NCBI GenBank assembly: GCA_031364845.1
Contig: JANLWX010000018.1
Coordinates: 1-64,000 of the forward strand
Length of the DNA stretch: 64,000 bases
Direction of reading: 5' to 3'
DNA from: Candidatus Eiseniibacteriota bacterium
GTDB taxonomy: Bacteria; Eisenbacteria; RBG-16-71-46
Part shown: positions 10,000-19,140 of the stretch, in pieces
Layout of the letters: the number at the start of each line of letters is the position of its first letter
Position numbering within the stretch: position 1 is the stretch's first letter
Position numbers and translations under genes: made by a program
Notes under the pieces: model-generated
Told to the model about the DNA's origin: nothing
What the model saw: only the letters and a program-made list of their open reading frames with translations
Database searches by the model: none

Positions 10000-10331
10000 C
10001 CTGTACCTCCGGTGAATGAATCTTTCGATCGTGTGCACTTCATGGATGCGCGCGGCAACGGGGGCAGGTCCGGGCCGGGCGCACCACTCAGATTCAGCTC
10101 GGGCAAAGCGAATGCGGTCGAAAACGCCGCAATGTGAAATAGGGAGCGCAAGTCGTACTCCACCCGCCTCGCTACGGGGCCGGCAGACGATCGGATGCGA
10201 TGAACGTCCGGGCATGGGTGCACCCGCGATCGCTACGCGCGAAGGGTGCACCGCTGCGCGCATCAGCGTAGCGCCGGCGGCCTGGCGAGAGGAGATCGAC
10301 CGCGGTCTTGGGCCGCGGGATGTTCCGAAGC

Positions 10332-10892
10332 TCAGCGCGCTCCGGCCGGCGGCGGTCCCTGATGCCAGTGCTGGTGTGCGGGATCCCAGTGCTGGTTCTT
10401 CGCCTGATCGTAAGTCCACGCTGCAGGTGCGGGACCCGACGGCGTCGTGGCGGGAGCCGGCATCGCGTTCGCCGCACCTCGCGATTGGGGCGGCGGCGGC
10501 GGTCCGTTGTGCCAGTGACCATGCGAAGGATCGAAGTGCCGGTTGGTGGCGGCATCGTACGCCCACGGCTCGGCCGCGACGCCCGGAGGCGCGGGGACGC
10601 TGGCAGAAGGAGTGACCGCGCCCGGAGTCGGCGCTGAAGTCGTGAGAGGCGTCGAGCCGGCCGTGGTACCGGTGCCCGCCGGGGGCATCCCCAGGCCGCG
10701 ATTCACGACCGGGCGGGACTGCGATCGAATGACGCCCCACGCGATCAGCGCGACGACGGCGACCGCCACCGCTCCCACGATCCACCCGTTGCGGCCCCTC
10801 ATCTTCGGGATCGCCTTGCCCTCGCAGCACTGCTTGTACTTGAGACCGCTTCCGCACGGACAGGGATCGTTGCGTCCGACGTGTGTACTCAT
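10332..10892 (-). CDS. SEC-C motif membrane protein with Pro/Thr linker and two His/Trp-rich repeats
   Basis: GRNDPCPCGSGLKYKQCC, one TM helix, repeats WAYDAATNRHFDPSHGHWHNGPPP and WTYDQAKNQHWDPAHQHWHQGPPP; GGAGGAG RBS. Confidence 0.85.
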   Translation of the reverse strand: MSTHVGRNDPCPCGSGLKYKQCCEGKAIPKMRGRNGWIVGAVAVAVVALIAWGVIRSQSRPVVNRGLGMPPAGTGTTAGSTPLTTSAPTPGAVTPSASVPAPPGVAAEPWAYDAATNRHFDPSHGHWHNGPPPPPQSRGAANAMPAPATTPSGPAPAAWTYDQAKNQHWDPAHQHWHQGPPPAGAR

Positions 10893-11038
10893 GGCTCCTC
10901 CGGTGACGGGCGGCCGATGGGTCGTGGCGACGGCCCTGGGTCAGCGAGGATAGTCGCGCATCCGGATCAATGAAAGCAGGAGGTGTCGGAGAACTCCGAT
11001 CGCTGCGTGAGCTTCCACCCGCTATGGCGGGTACCCGC

Positions 11039-11965
11039 TCAGACGCCGCCGGTGCGCCCGGCCAGCTCCGACCAATCGCGGCGGCGTGCTTCCACACTCT
11101 CCGGAGTCGCGCGCATCAGCGCGCCCGCTCCCCAGTCCTCGATCGCGAAGCTCGCGGTCACGACACCCTGCTCGATCGCGCGGTCGACGTCGCCGTGCGA
11201 GAGCCAGCCGGCGACGAAGCCGCCCGCAAATCCGTCGCCGGCGCCCGTGGCGTCGACCACCGGCGCACGGCCTGCGCGCCACTCGATGATCCGTCCGGTG
11301 GGGCGTTCGATGAGAATGCCGCCTTCGGGTCCGCACTTGTACGCGATGATCGATACCCGCCGGCCGGGAATGTGCACCAGCGCGCCGCGCGGATCGGCCT
11401 CGACCTCCGCGAGCCGCACCTCTTCGTGGCTCGGAAAGAACGCGTCGACATGATCGAGCACCGTGCCCCACACAGCGCGGTTGTCGTCGCGCACGGTCTC
11501 GTGCGGATCGAGCGAGACGAACGCATCGGGACGCACGGCCGCGATGCCGGCCGCGATCTCGCGCTGGCGGTCGATCGGCATCGGCGCGATGTGAAATGCC
11601 AGCGCCTTGAGGAAATCCGCCGGGATGTCGTCGAACACCGGCGAGACATCGAAGTGCGAAGCGCTGTCGAGACGATGGATGATGCGCCGCATCACGGGCT
11701 CGTACAGCAGCCACGAGCGCACGCCCGGGCGGCCGAGCGGGGTCACGCCGCTGGTGTCGATGCCGCGCGCGGCGAGCGCATCGAGTGCGGCCTGCGGATA
11801 GTCCGAACCCGCGATCGAAACCAGCCCGACGCGAGCGCCCCACAGACGCGCCGCGAGCGAAGCGTAGAGCATCGCACCGCCCGGCTCGCCCATCAGCGTG
11901 CGCCCGTCGGGCATCACGATGTCGTCCACCAGCAGATTGCCGAGGATGACGAGGACGGGCGTCAT
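11039..11965 (-). CDS. PfkB/ribokinase-family kinase
   Basis: GG motif (PGGAMLY); DATGAGDGFAGG anion hole; ATGA overlap with the btpA stop. Confidence 0.9.
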   Translation of the reverse strand: MTPVLVILGNLLVDDIVMPDGRTLMGEPGGAMLYASLAARLWGARVGLVSIAGSDYPQAALDALAARGIDTSGVTPLGRPGVRSWLLYEPVMRRIIHRLDSASHFDVSPVFDDIPADFLKALAFHIAPMPIDRQREIAAGIAAVRPDAFVSLDPHETVRDDNRAVWGTVLDHVDAFFPSHEEVRLAEVEADPRGALVHIPGRRVSIIAYKCGPEGGILIERPTGRIIEWRAGRAPVVDATGAGDGFAGGFVAGWLSHGDVDRAIEQGVVTASFAIEDWGAGALMRATPESVEARRRDWSELAGRTGGV

Positions 11966-12783
11966 TTGCGCGAGGGGAGTGCTGCGAACGCGTCGGCGAT
12001 CGCCTTCACGCGCGCGGCTTCGAGGACATTCGCCCAGTGGCCGTCGCGCTTGACGGATGATCCGACGATGAACCCGTCGGCGTGCGGATAGCGCTCGAGA
12101 TTCTCGTGTGTGACGCCGGAGCCGACATAGACCGGCAACTGCACCGCCGCCGCGACCGAACGGACATCGTCGGCATCGGTCACGCGTCCGGTCGATTCGC
12201 CGGTCACGATCAACCCGTCGGCCAGCGCGAACTCGGCGGCGCGCGCGGTTTCGGCGAGACTCACGTCGGACGTGATGGCGTGGGCCGAGTGCTTCTTCTT
12301 CACGTCCGCGAACACTTTGACGTGCTCGGCATCGAGTAGATCGCGATAGCGCAGCAGCGGCCCCGCGTCGCTTTCGATGATGCCCTCGTCGGCGACGTGC
12401 GCGAACACGTAGCCCTCGACGCGCACGAAGCACGCGCCGCACGCGAGCGCGACCGCGACCGCCTCACGATTGGCGCCCGCCAGCACCTGCACGCCGAGCG
12501 GCAGAGACACGGCGCGGCGTACTTCATAACCGACGACCGCCATCGATGCGACAGTCTCGGGACCGACCGCACTCTTCAGATAAGGACGATCGTGCATGTT
12601 CTCGATCATGAGCGCGTGGAATCCGGCGTCGCGATAGATCCCGGCTTCCTCGACCGCGCGGGCGATGATGGCGTCCAGATTCTGGCGGTGCCGCGGACTG
12701 CCGGGCAGCGCACCCAGGTGCAGCATGCCGATCAGGGCGCGCGGAGCGCCGAACAGCGAGAAGGTGAGGCGTGGATGGTCCAT
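11962..12783 (-). CDS. BtpA/SgcQ family TIM-barrel protein
   Basis: IGMLHLGALPGSP, IENMHDRPY, DVKKKHS, DGLIVTG..TG, GSGVT, IVGS. Confidence 0.92.
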   Translation of the reverse strand: MDHPRLTFSLFGAPRALIGMLHLGALPGSPRHRQNLDAIIARAVEEAGIYRDAGFHALMIENMHDRPYLKSAVGPETVASMAVVGYEVRRAVSLPLGVQVLAGANREAVAVALACGACFVRVEGYVFAHVADEGIIESDAGPLLRYRDLLDAEHVKVFADVKKKHSAHAITSDVSLAETARAAEFALADGLIVTGESTGRVTDADDVRSVAAAVQLPVYVGSGVTHENLERYPHADGFIVGSSVKRDGHWANVLEAARVKAIADAFAALPSRK

Positions 12784-12916
12784 GGCGTGGAGGCTAACCC
12801 GCGGCGCAGTGGAGGCGCCACTGCGGGTCATCGGGTCATTCAATCGACAGGACACTAAGGGTTGTCGAGTGTTGAGAAGCTGCCCGGTGGCACGGGTGCA
12901 TCATGAACGTGAAGGA

Positions 12917-15682
12917 TCAGCGTGCGAGTACCACACGACCGACAGCGCTCACGCCGCGTGCCGTGTATCGGACAAAGTACACGCCCGCCGCCACTCGGCC
13001 CCCCGCCCCTCTTCCGTCCCATGTCGCCAGGTAGCGTCCCGGCCGACGCACACCCTCCGCGAGCACAGCGACGAGGCGCCCCTGTACGTCAGTAACACTG
13101 AGCCGTACCGGGGTCTCCCGTGGCACGCCGAACTCGACCTGCACTGAGCCCCTGCTCGGGCTCGGCGACACTGGTCCGAGCATGAAAGCGATCACGGCCG
13201 AACCCGTCACGACAGATAGCGGGCCGAATGTCACCACGTCGCCATCTGGCGAAGCCACGAGTCGATAATAGTAAGTGCGGCCCGACTCGATGTTTCGATC
13301 AAGCAGGATGGTGGTTTCGCCTTCGACTCGAGGCTGGTCGTTCACCACGTTCCACGGACCGGTATCGCTCTCGCTCCGCTCGAGATGCGCGGCAGCGATC
13401 TGCCCCGCGACGCCGAATTGCCAGCGCACCTCGACACCTTCACTCGTCCAACGGGCTTCGAAGAGAGAAAGTACCAGTGCAGTTGTCTCACTTCCGACAT
13501 TCAGCAGTACCGAGACCGTACTGGAGAGACCGTTCGTCGTGGCCAGGTCCGGCTTCCCGTCATCGTTCAGATCCCCGATCACTACGGAGTTGGGAAAGCC
13601 CCCCGTCCCATGTTCGTAGTCGCCTTTGGGCCCAAACGTTCCATCCCCTTTCCCGCGCAACACAGAGACGGTGTTGGATCCCGAATTCGCCACGACCACG
13701 TCCGAATTTCCGTCACCGTTCAGGTCGCCGACGGCCAGAGAGAGAGGATCGAGCCCGGTTTCATATTCGCCGCGCTCCGGCCCGAACGTTCCATCCCCAT
13801 TACCGAGCCGCACCCTGACCGTATTGCTGTAATAGTTGGCAACGATCAGGTCCGGCTTCAGGTCTCCGTTCAGGTCTCCGATTGCCACGGAGACTGGAGA
13901 CCCTGATGTTGGGTAGTCCCTTGTCGGACCGAACGTCCCATCCCCGTAGCCGATCAGCACTGAGACCGTGTGGGCGTCCCTGTTCGCCACCGCCAGATCT
14001 GGCTTCTCGTCGCCGTTCAGATCCCCGATCACCACGGAGATCGAATAGCTCATTGTCGCGTAGTCCGCTTTCGGCCCGAACGTCCCATCTCCGTGACCCA
14101 GCAGCACCGAGATTGTTCCGGTCGAAATCGTCACGACCAGGTCCAGCTTGCCATCGCCGTTCAGATCCCCGATCGCGACGGAAGTGGGTTGGTGCCCAGC
14201 TTCGCAGTTACTTGGCGGCCCGAACGTCCCGTTGCCGTTGCCCCACAGGATCGAGACCTTGTCGGAACTCGCGACCGCCAGGTCCGGCTTCCCATCGCCG
14301 TTCAGATCACCGATCGCTACGGAGTTGGAGTAGCCCCCCGTGGCGTAGTCAACCTTCGGCCCGAACGTCCCGTCGCCGACTCCCAGCAGCACCGAGACCG
14401 TCCTCACGACGTCATTCGCCACCGCCAGATCCTGCTTGCCGTCTCCGTTCAGATCCCCGATCGCCACGGACTGCGGGTCTGCCCCCGCGGCGTAATCGCT
14501 CCTCGCCCCGAACGTTCCATCCCCGTTTCCCAGCAGGGACGACACCGTCTGAGAGAGGTTATTCGCTGTCGCCAGGTCCGGCTTGCCGTCCCCATTCAAA
14601 TCACCGATCGCCATGGAGCGGGGCTGGCTTCCCGTGTTGTAATCGCTCTTCGGCGCAAACGTTCCATCCCCGTTCCCTAGCAATACCGACACGGTGCTGA
14701 AAGAGTGGTTCGCCGTCGCCAAATCCAAATTTCCATCCCCGCTCAGATCACCGATCACAACGGAGAAAGGATTACCCCCCGTCGCGTAGTCGCTCTTGGG
14801 TGCGAGTGTCCCGTCACCATTCCCCAGTAGCACCGACACCGTATTGATATTGGAGCCACCGTTCGCCACCGCCACGTCAAGCTCCCCGTCGGCGTTCAGA
14901 TCCGCGATCGCTACCGAGTTGGGTTCCACACCAACCGCGTAATCGCTCTTCGGCGCGAACGTCCCGTCTCCGTTTCCCGGCAGCACTGAAACCGTATTGG
15001 AGCCGAGATTCGCCGCAACCAGATCCGGCTTCCCGTCTCCGTCTAGATCCGCGATCGCCACGGCGCTGGCCGTGCTGTCTGTCACATAGTTGCTCCCCGC
15101 CCCGAACTTCCCGTCCCCCTTCCCGAGCATTACCGAGACCGTGTTTCGCCCATAGCCCGGATTCGCCACGGCGAGATCCGGCTTCTCGTCGCCGTTCAGA
15201 TCTCCGATCACCACGTTGAAAGGACCACCCCCCTGCCAATATGCAGTCGGCCGACCGAACGTCCCGTCCCCGTTGCCTAGTAGCAACGTGACCGAGTCTC
15301 CGGTCCCCACCGCTAGGTCCGGCTTCCGATCCCCGTTCAAGTCTCCGATCGCCACGGACGAGACGTAGTTCGCCATCGGGTAGTTCCTCATCGGCCCAAA
15401 CGTGCCGTCCCCGTTCCCCAACCGCACCGAAACACTTCCGGAATTGTTTGGGGGGTCGGCGTTCGCCACCACCACGTCCGGCTTGCCGTCCCCGTTCAGA
15501 TCCCCGATTGCCAAGGCGAAGGGGTAGCGCCCCGCGTCGAACGAGAGGAACGGTGCTGCGAAGAGCGGATCAGCCACAGCCGTCGACGGGCAGAGTGATC
15601 CCAGGACGAACGCGAGCGCGATCGAGGCGACAACGATTGCCCTCATGCAGAAGGACCGAGCCGAGAACTTCATCGTAGGCAC
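12917..15682 (-). CDS. FG-GAP/VCBS repeat surface protein with C-terminal FlgD-Ig-like sorting domain
   Basis: Signal peptide; 14 (G/A)DL(N/D/S)xDxxxD repeats; C-terminal DVQGRLVAVL...WDGR...AGVYF. Start may be 15673. Confidence 0.92.
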   Translation of the reverse strand: MPTMKFSARSFCMRAIVVASIALAFVLGSLCPSTAVADPLFAAPFLSFDAGRYPFALAIGDLNGDGKPDVVVANADPPNNSGSVSVRLGNGDGTFGPMRNYPMANYVSSVAIGDLNGDRKPDLAVGTGDSVTLLLGNGDGTFGRPTAYWQGGGPFNVVIGDLNGDEKPDLAVANPGYGRNTVSVMLGKGDGKFGAGSNYVTDSTASAVAIADLDGDGKPDLVAANLGSNTVSVLPGNGDGTFAPKSDYAVGVEPNSVAIADLNADGELDVAVANGGSNINTVSVLLGNGDGTLAPKSDYATGGNPFSVVIGDLSGDGNLDLATANHSFSTVSVLLGNGDGTFAPKSDYNTGSQPRSMAIGDLNGDGKPDLATANNLSQTVSSLLGNGDGTFGARSDYAAGADPQSVAIGDLNGDGKQDLAVANDVVRTVSVLLGVGDGTFGPKVDYATGGYSNSVAIGDLNGDGKPDLAVASSDKVSILWGNGNGTFGPPSNCEAGHQPTSVAIGDLNGDGKLDLVVTISTGTISVLLGHGDGTFGPKADYATMSYSISVVIGDLNGDEKPDLAVANRDAHTVSVLIGYGDGTFGPTRDYPTSGSPVSVAIGDLNGDLKPDLIVANYYSNTVRVRLGNGDGTFGPERGEYETGLDPLSLAVGDLNGDGNSDVVVANSGSNTVSVLRGKGDGTFGPKGDYEHGTGGFPNSVVIGDLNDDGKPDLATTNGLSSTVSVLLNVGSETTALVLSLFEARWTSEGVEVRWQFGVAGQIAAAHLERSESDTGPWNVVNDQPRVEGETTILLDRNIESGRTYYYRLVASPDGDVVTFGPLSVVTGSAVIAFMLGPVSPSPSRGSVQVEFGVPRETPVRLSVTDVQGRLVAVLAEGVRRPGRYLATWDGRGAGGRVAAGVYFVRYTARGVSAVGRVVLAR

Positions 15683-15831
15683 CTCGGGGGCAGGAGGGCA
15701 TCCAGGCGGGAAAGCGTGTCCTCATCGCTTCTACGGTGGGTGAGGCAGAGTGAAGAATTTCCCCGTACGCGACGAAGCATAGCACCCTCCGGGGGGGCAA
15801 AAACACGATGGATGGCCCCGCCAGCGAAGTC

Positions 15832-17622
15832 CTACGCCCACCACTCTTCCACCGCGCTCACGACCTCGGGCAGGTTCTCGACGGGGTCGGGATAACCCTG
15901 CTTCCACGTCGCGTCGATTCCGAGCGGGCCGCGACAGGTGAGCCACGCGCCGCGCGTCTCGGTGGCGGCGGGGATGATGTCGCGCGCGCAATCGAAGCGC
16001 GTGAAGATGCCCCACAGCAGAAGCTCGTCGTCTTCGAGGGGCACGTCCGGGCTCACGGCGACAATCAGCTTCACGGCCGCGTACTCGGGACGATGGATGA
16101 GCCGCTCGACGAGCGCGCGACCGTCGCCGTGGGTCTGCACGACGAGCATCGCACCCCACGCGAGGCGATGCGCCTTCGCGGTGTCGTCGAACGTGCGCGG
16201 GTCGGGAACATTCGACGGCACATCAGCGCCGCGGCCGCGCGCGGCAGCGGAGGGCACTACACCCGCGCTCCCGACGCTGCGATCCTTGGTCTGCGCGTCG
16301 ATCACCATCTTGCTGCCGAGGTTCATCGTGTAGCTCGTGAAGTCGAGCGTGTCGAGCGGCACATTCGCCAGCAGCATGAAGTCCTCGGCCGGATCGAAGT
16401 TTCGCGCGATCGCCTGGAACACGGCGGCGCGATCGCGCGGATTCACGTCCTCGTCGACCAGCACGATCGCCTTGGTGAGCGAGAGCTGGCCGGTGCCCAT
16501 GAGCCCGAGTGCGGTCTTCCTGCCTTCCTTCGCGAAGCGGTTCTCGACCGCGACCACGAGCAGATTGTGGAAGCCGGCTTCGAAGTACGCCCACAGGTCG
16601 ACCACTTCCGGATGGATCACGCGCAGGATGCCGGCGAAGAACTCCTGCACCGCCTCGCCCATGAATTTGTCTTCCTGCGGAGGCTTGCCGACGATGCTCG
16701 CCTGGAACACAGGGCGGCGGCGATGCGTGACCGTGTGCACCTGGAATACCGGGAAGGGTGCGGCGTGCGAGTAGTGTCCGAAGTGATCTCCGAACGGGCC
16801 TTCCTGCCGGCGCTGGTTCGGCGGGACGAAGCCTTCGATCACGAACTCGGCGTCGGCGAGCACGTCCATGCCGATCGTGCGCCCGCGCGTGAGCCGCGTG
16901 GGAGCGCCGCGCAGGAATCCGGCGAACGCCAGCTCGTCGATGCCTTCAGGCAGCGGCGACACCGCGGACAGCAACGTCGCGGGATCCGCGCCCACGTGCA
17001 CGGCGACCTCGAGTCCTTCGCCGCGCTTCTCGGCGGCGTGATAGTGGAAGCCGCCGCCCTTTCCGATCTGCCAGTGCATGCCGGTGGTCTTCGCGTCGTA
17101 GACATGGATGCGATAGATCCCGAGATTGCGCTTGTGCGTTTCGGGGTGTTCGGTGACGACCAGCGGGAACGTGATGAACCGCCCGCCGTCGTGGGGCCAC
17201 AGCTTGAGGATCGGCAGCGGATCGAGATCCGCGCCGAGCGTTCCCTCCTGCGACGGCGCTCGCCCGACATGCGCGGGACGCATCGCGAGCATGCGGCCGG
17301 CGCTCGGACGCAGCTTCAGCAGGTCGGCGAGTGCGCGGGGCGGCACCGCGTGCAGGATCTCTTCGAGCTCGGCACCGACCGAACCCGGCGTGCGGCCAAT
17401 CGCCCACTCGATGCGCCGCCGTGCCGCGAGCACGTTGACCGCGAGCGGGAAGCGAGCGCCGCGCACGTTTTCGAACAGCAGGGCGGGGCCTTCGAGCTTC
17501 GCTTCGCGGCACGCGATCTCGGTGACTTCGTACGCCCAGTCGACCTCGCGCGTGATGCGCTTCAGATCGCCGCGTGCTTCGAGGTGGTCGAGAAACGCCG
17601 ACAGTGTTCGGAAACCGGTCAC
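15832..17622 (-). CDS. ubiD: UbiD-family prFMN-dependent decarboxylase (MqnL-like, menaquinone pathway)
   Basis: PALLFEN, DGGRFIT, NLGIYR, EGPFGDHFGHYS, GKPPQED, LDTLD; extra C-terminal domain ending GIDATWK. Confidence 0.92.
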   Translation of the reverse strand: MTGFRTLSAFLDHLEARGDLKRITREVDWAYEVTEIACREAKLEGPALLFENVRGARFPLAVNVLAARRRIEWAIGRTPGSVGAELEEILHAVPPRALADLLKLRPSAGRMLAMRPAHVGRAPSQEGTLGADLDPLPILKLWPHDGGRFITFPLVVTEHPETHKRNLGIYRIHVYDAKTTGMHWQIGKGGGFHYHAAEKRGEGLEVAVHVGADPATLLSAVSPLPEGIDELAFAGFLRGAPTRLTRGRTIGMDVLADAEFVIEGFVPPNQRRQEGPFGDHFGHYSHAAPFPVFQVHTVTHRRRPVFQASIVGKPPQEDKFMGEAVQEFFAGILRVIHPEVVDLWAYFEAGFHNLLVVAVENRFAKEGRKTALGLMGTGQLSLTKAIVLVDEDVNPRDRAAVFQAIARNFDPAEDFMLLANVPLDTLDFTSYTMNLGSKMVIDAQTKDRSVGSAGVVPSAAARGRGADVPSNVPDPRTFDDTAKAHRLAWGAMLVVQTHGDGRALVERLIHRPEYAAVKLIVAVSPDVPLEDDELLLWGIFTRFDCARDIIPAATETRGAWLTCRGPLGIDATWKQGYPDPVENLPEVVSAVEEWWA

Positions 17623-18173
17623 TCGAGATCGTCCTCGCGCCAGCCTTCGCTGGCGCTCTCACCGAGCAGGCCCAAGAGTTTGTCCGTGAACCCTGCGACG
17701 ACCTGATCGACGGATTGCGGATTCATGTACCACGGCGGCGAGACCGGCATGATCACCACGCCTTCACGCGACAGTGTGACCGCGTTGTTCAGTGCGATCG
17801 TCGAGAGCGGCGTCTCTCGCACGCACAGCACCATGCGCATGCGTTCCTTAAGCGCGACCGCGGCGGCGCGCGTGATGAGCGTGTCGGCGATCCCGACGGC
17901 GATCTTTGCGAGCGTCGAAACGCTGCACGGTACGATCACGAACGCGTCGTATCGATTGGAGCCCGAGGCGAACGGTGCCGCGAGGTCCGTATCCTGGAAC
18001 GTGCGTTTCACGTGCGGCTCGAGGTCGGACGACTTGAGCCCGGTCTCGGCCTGGAGCACGTGCCGCGCCCAGTCGGACATCACGAGAAATTTCTCCCCCG
18101 GACAGCGCCGGACGAAGTCCACGCCGAACGCGGAGCCCGAGGCGCCGGTCATCCCGATCAGGTAACGCTTCAC
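17619..18173 (-). CDS. ubiX: flavin prenyltransferase
   Basis: GMTGASG, ASGS, PCS, RAA, LKE, RETPL; GTG start. Confidence 0.93.
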   Translation of the reverse strand: MKRYLIGMTGASGSAFGVDFVRRCPGEKFLVMSDWARHVLQAETGLKSSDLEPHVKRTFQDTDLAAPFASGSNRYDAFVIVPCSVSTLAKIAVGIADTLITRAAAVALKERMRMVLCVRETPLSTIALNNAVTLSREGVVIMPVSPPWYMNPQSVDQVVAGFTDKLLGLLGESASEGWREDDLE

Positions 18174-18204
18174 AGGTATTCCTTCCGCATCATCGAGGCG
18201 CGGC

Positions 18205-19140
18205 TCACGAGAACCCACCCGCGCTGCGGGCGGCGAGCACGATCGCGAGCACCACGGCACCCACCCACACGTTCACCTTGAAGAACGCGAGGTTCACGTT
18301 CTCGGCCCAGCGTTGTTCGAGGAACAACAGCACCCCCGCGACCGCGAGCAGGATGCCGGTTGCGATCTGCGCCGCGACGGCGGCTCCCAAACCCGAGACA
18401 TCTGCGACGGTCTGCGGAGTCGCGACGCGAAGCACGGCGAGGGCCGCCCCGACCAGGCAAGCGAACGCCGCAAGGTGGAGCACCGCGGACAGCCGCAACG
18501 CGCGGTCGCGGCCGAGCCACGCCGCCATCGAATGCACGTGGTGCTCGCGGTCGAACGACTCATCGAGCGTGGCGTAGATGATGTCGAACCCGCTCACCCA
18601 CAAGAGCGCGAACGCCGCGAGCCACAGCGCGGGAACGATCGCGCCGAGATCCGGATGCGCGGCTGCGAAGCCCGCGAGCGGTGCGAGTGCGAGTGCGACG
18701 CCGACTCCGAAGTGGCACAGCGGCGTGAAGCGCTTGAGGTAGGGATAGAGCGCGAACACCGCGAGCGGCACCGGCGAGACGAGGAGGTACCAGCGGCCGA
18801 GCAGAGCACACGCCGCGAGATAAGCGGCGATGCTCACCAGCAGCAGCGTCACCGCTTCTGCGAGTTTCATCGCACCCGCCGGCAGCTCGCGAACCCGAGT
18901 GCGCGGATTGAGCGCATCGAGCCGGCGATCGACGAGCCGGTTGAGCGCCATCGCCGCAGTACGCGCCGCGACCGCCGCGACCGCGATCAGCGCCCAGCGG
19001 CTCACGCTCATCGCGCGGCCCGGCGCCGAGAAGATGCCGGCGAGAATCAGCGGCAGCGAGAACAACGTGTGCTCGAAGCGCACGAACGACGCATACGTGC
19101 GCATCCGTCCGCGGGCCACCGGGATCGACGCGGTCGTCAT
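18205..19140 (-). CDS. ubiA: UbiA-family prenyltransferase (MqnP-like)
   Basis: EHTLFSLP, NRLVDRRLDALNPRT, YPYLKRFT, GFDIIYATLD. Confidence 0.9.
   Translation of the reverse strand: MTTASIPVARGRMRTYASFVRFEHTLFSLPLILAGIFSAPGRAMSVSRWALIAVAAVAARTAAMALNRLVDRRLDALNPRTRVRELPAGAMKLAEAVTLLLVSIAAYLAACALLGRWYLLVSPVPLAVFALYPYLKRFTPLCHFGVGVALALAPLAGFAAAHPDLGAIVPALWLAAFALLWVSGFDIIYATLDESFDREHHVHSMAAWLGRDRALRLSAVLHLAAFACLVGAALAVLRVATPQTVADVSGLGAAVAAQIATGILLAVAGVLLFLEQRWAENVNLAFFKVNVWVGAVVLAIVLAARSAGGFS

Noticed and set aside
10216..10252. Two GGTGCACC palindromes upstream of the DUF4331 pair as a LexA box
   Set aside because: Spacing is far from the N4 geometry of the lexA-associated motif.
13490..15520. 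Regularly spaced DNA repeats suggestive of a CRISPR array
   Set aside because: They are in-frame FG-GAP coding repeats, degenerate at third positions, with no cas genes.
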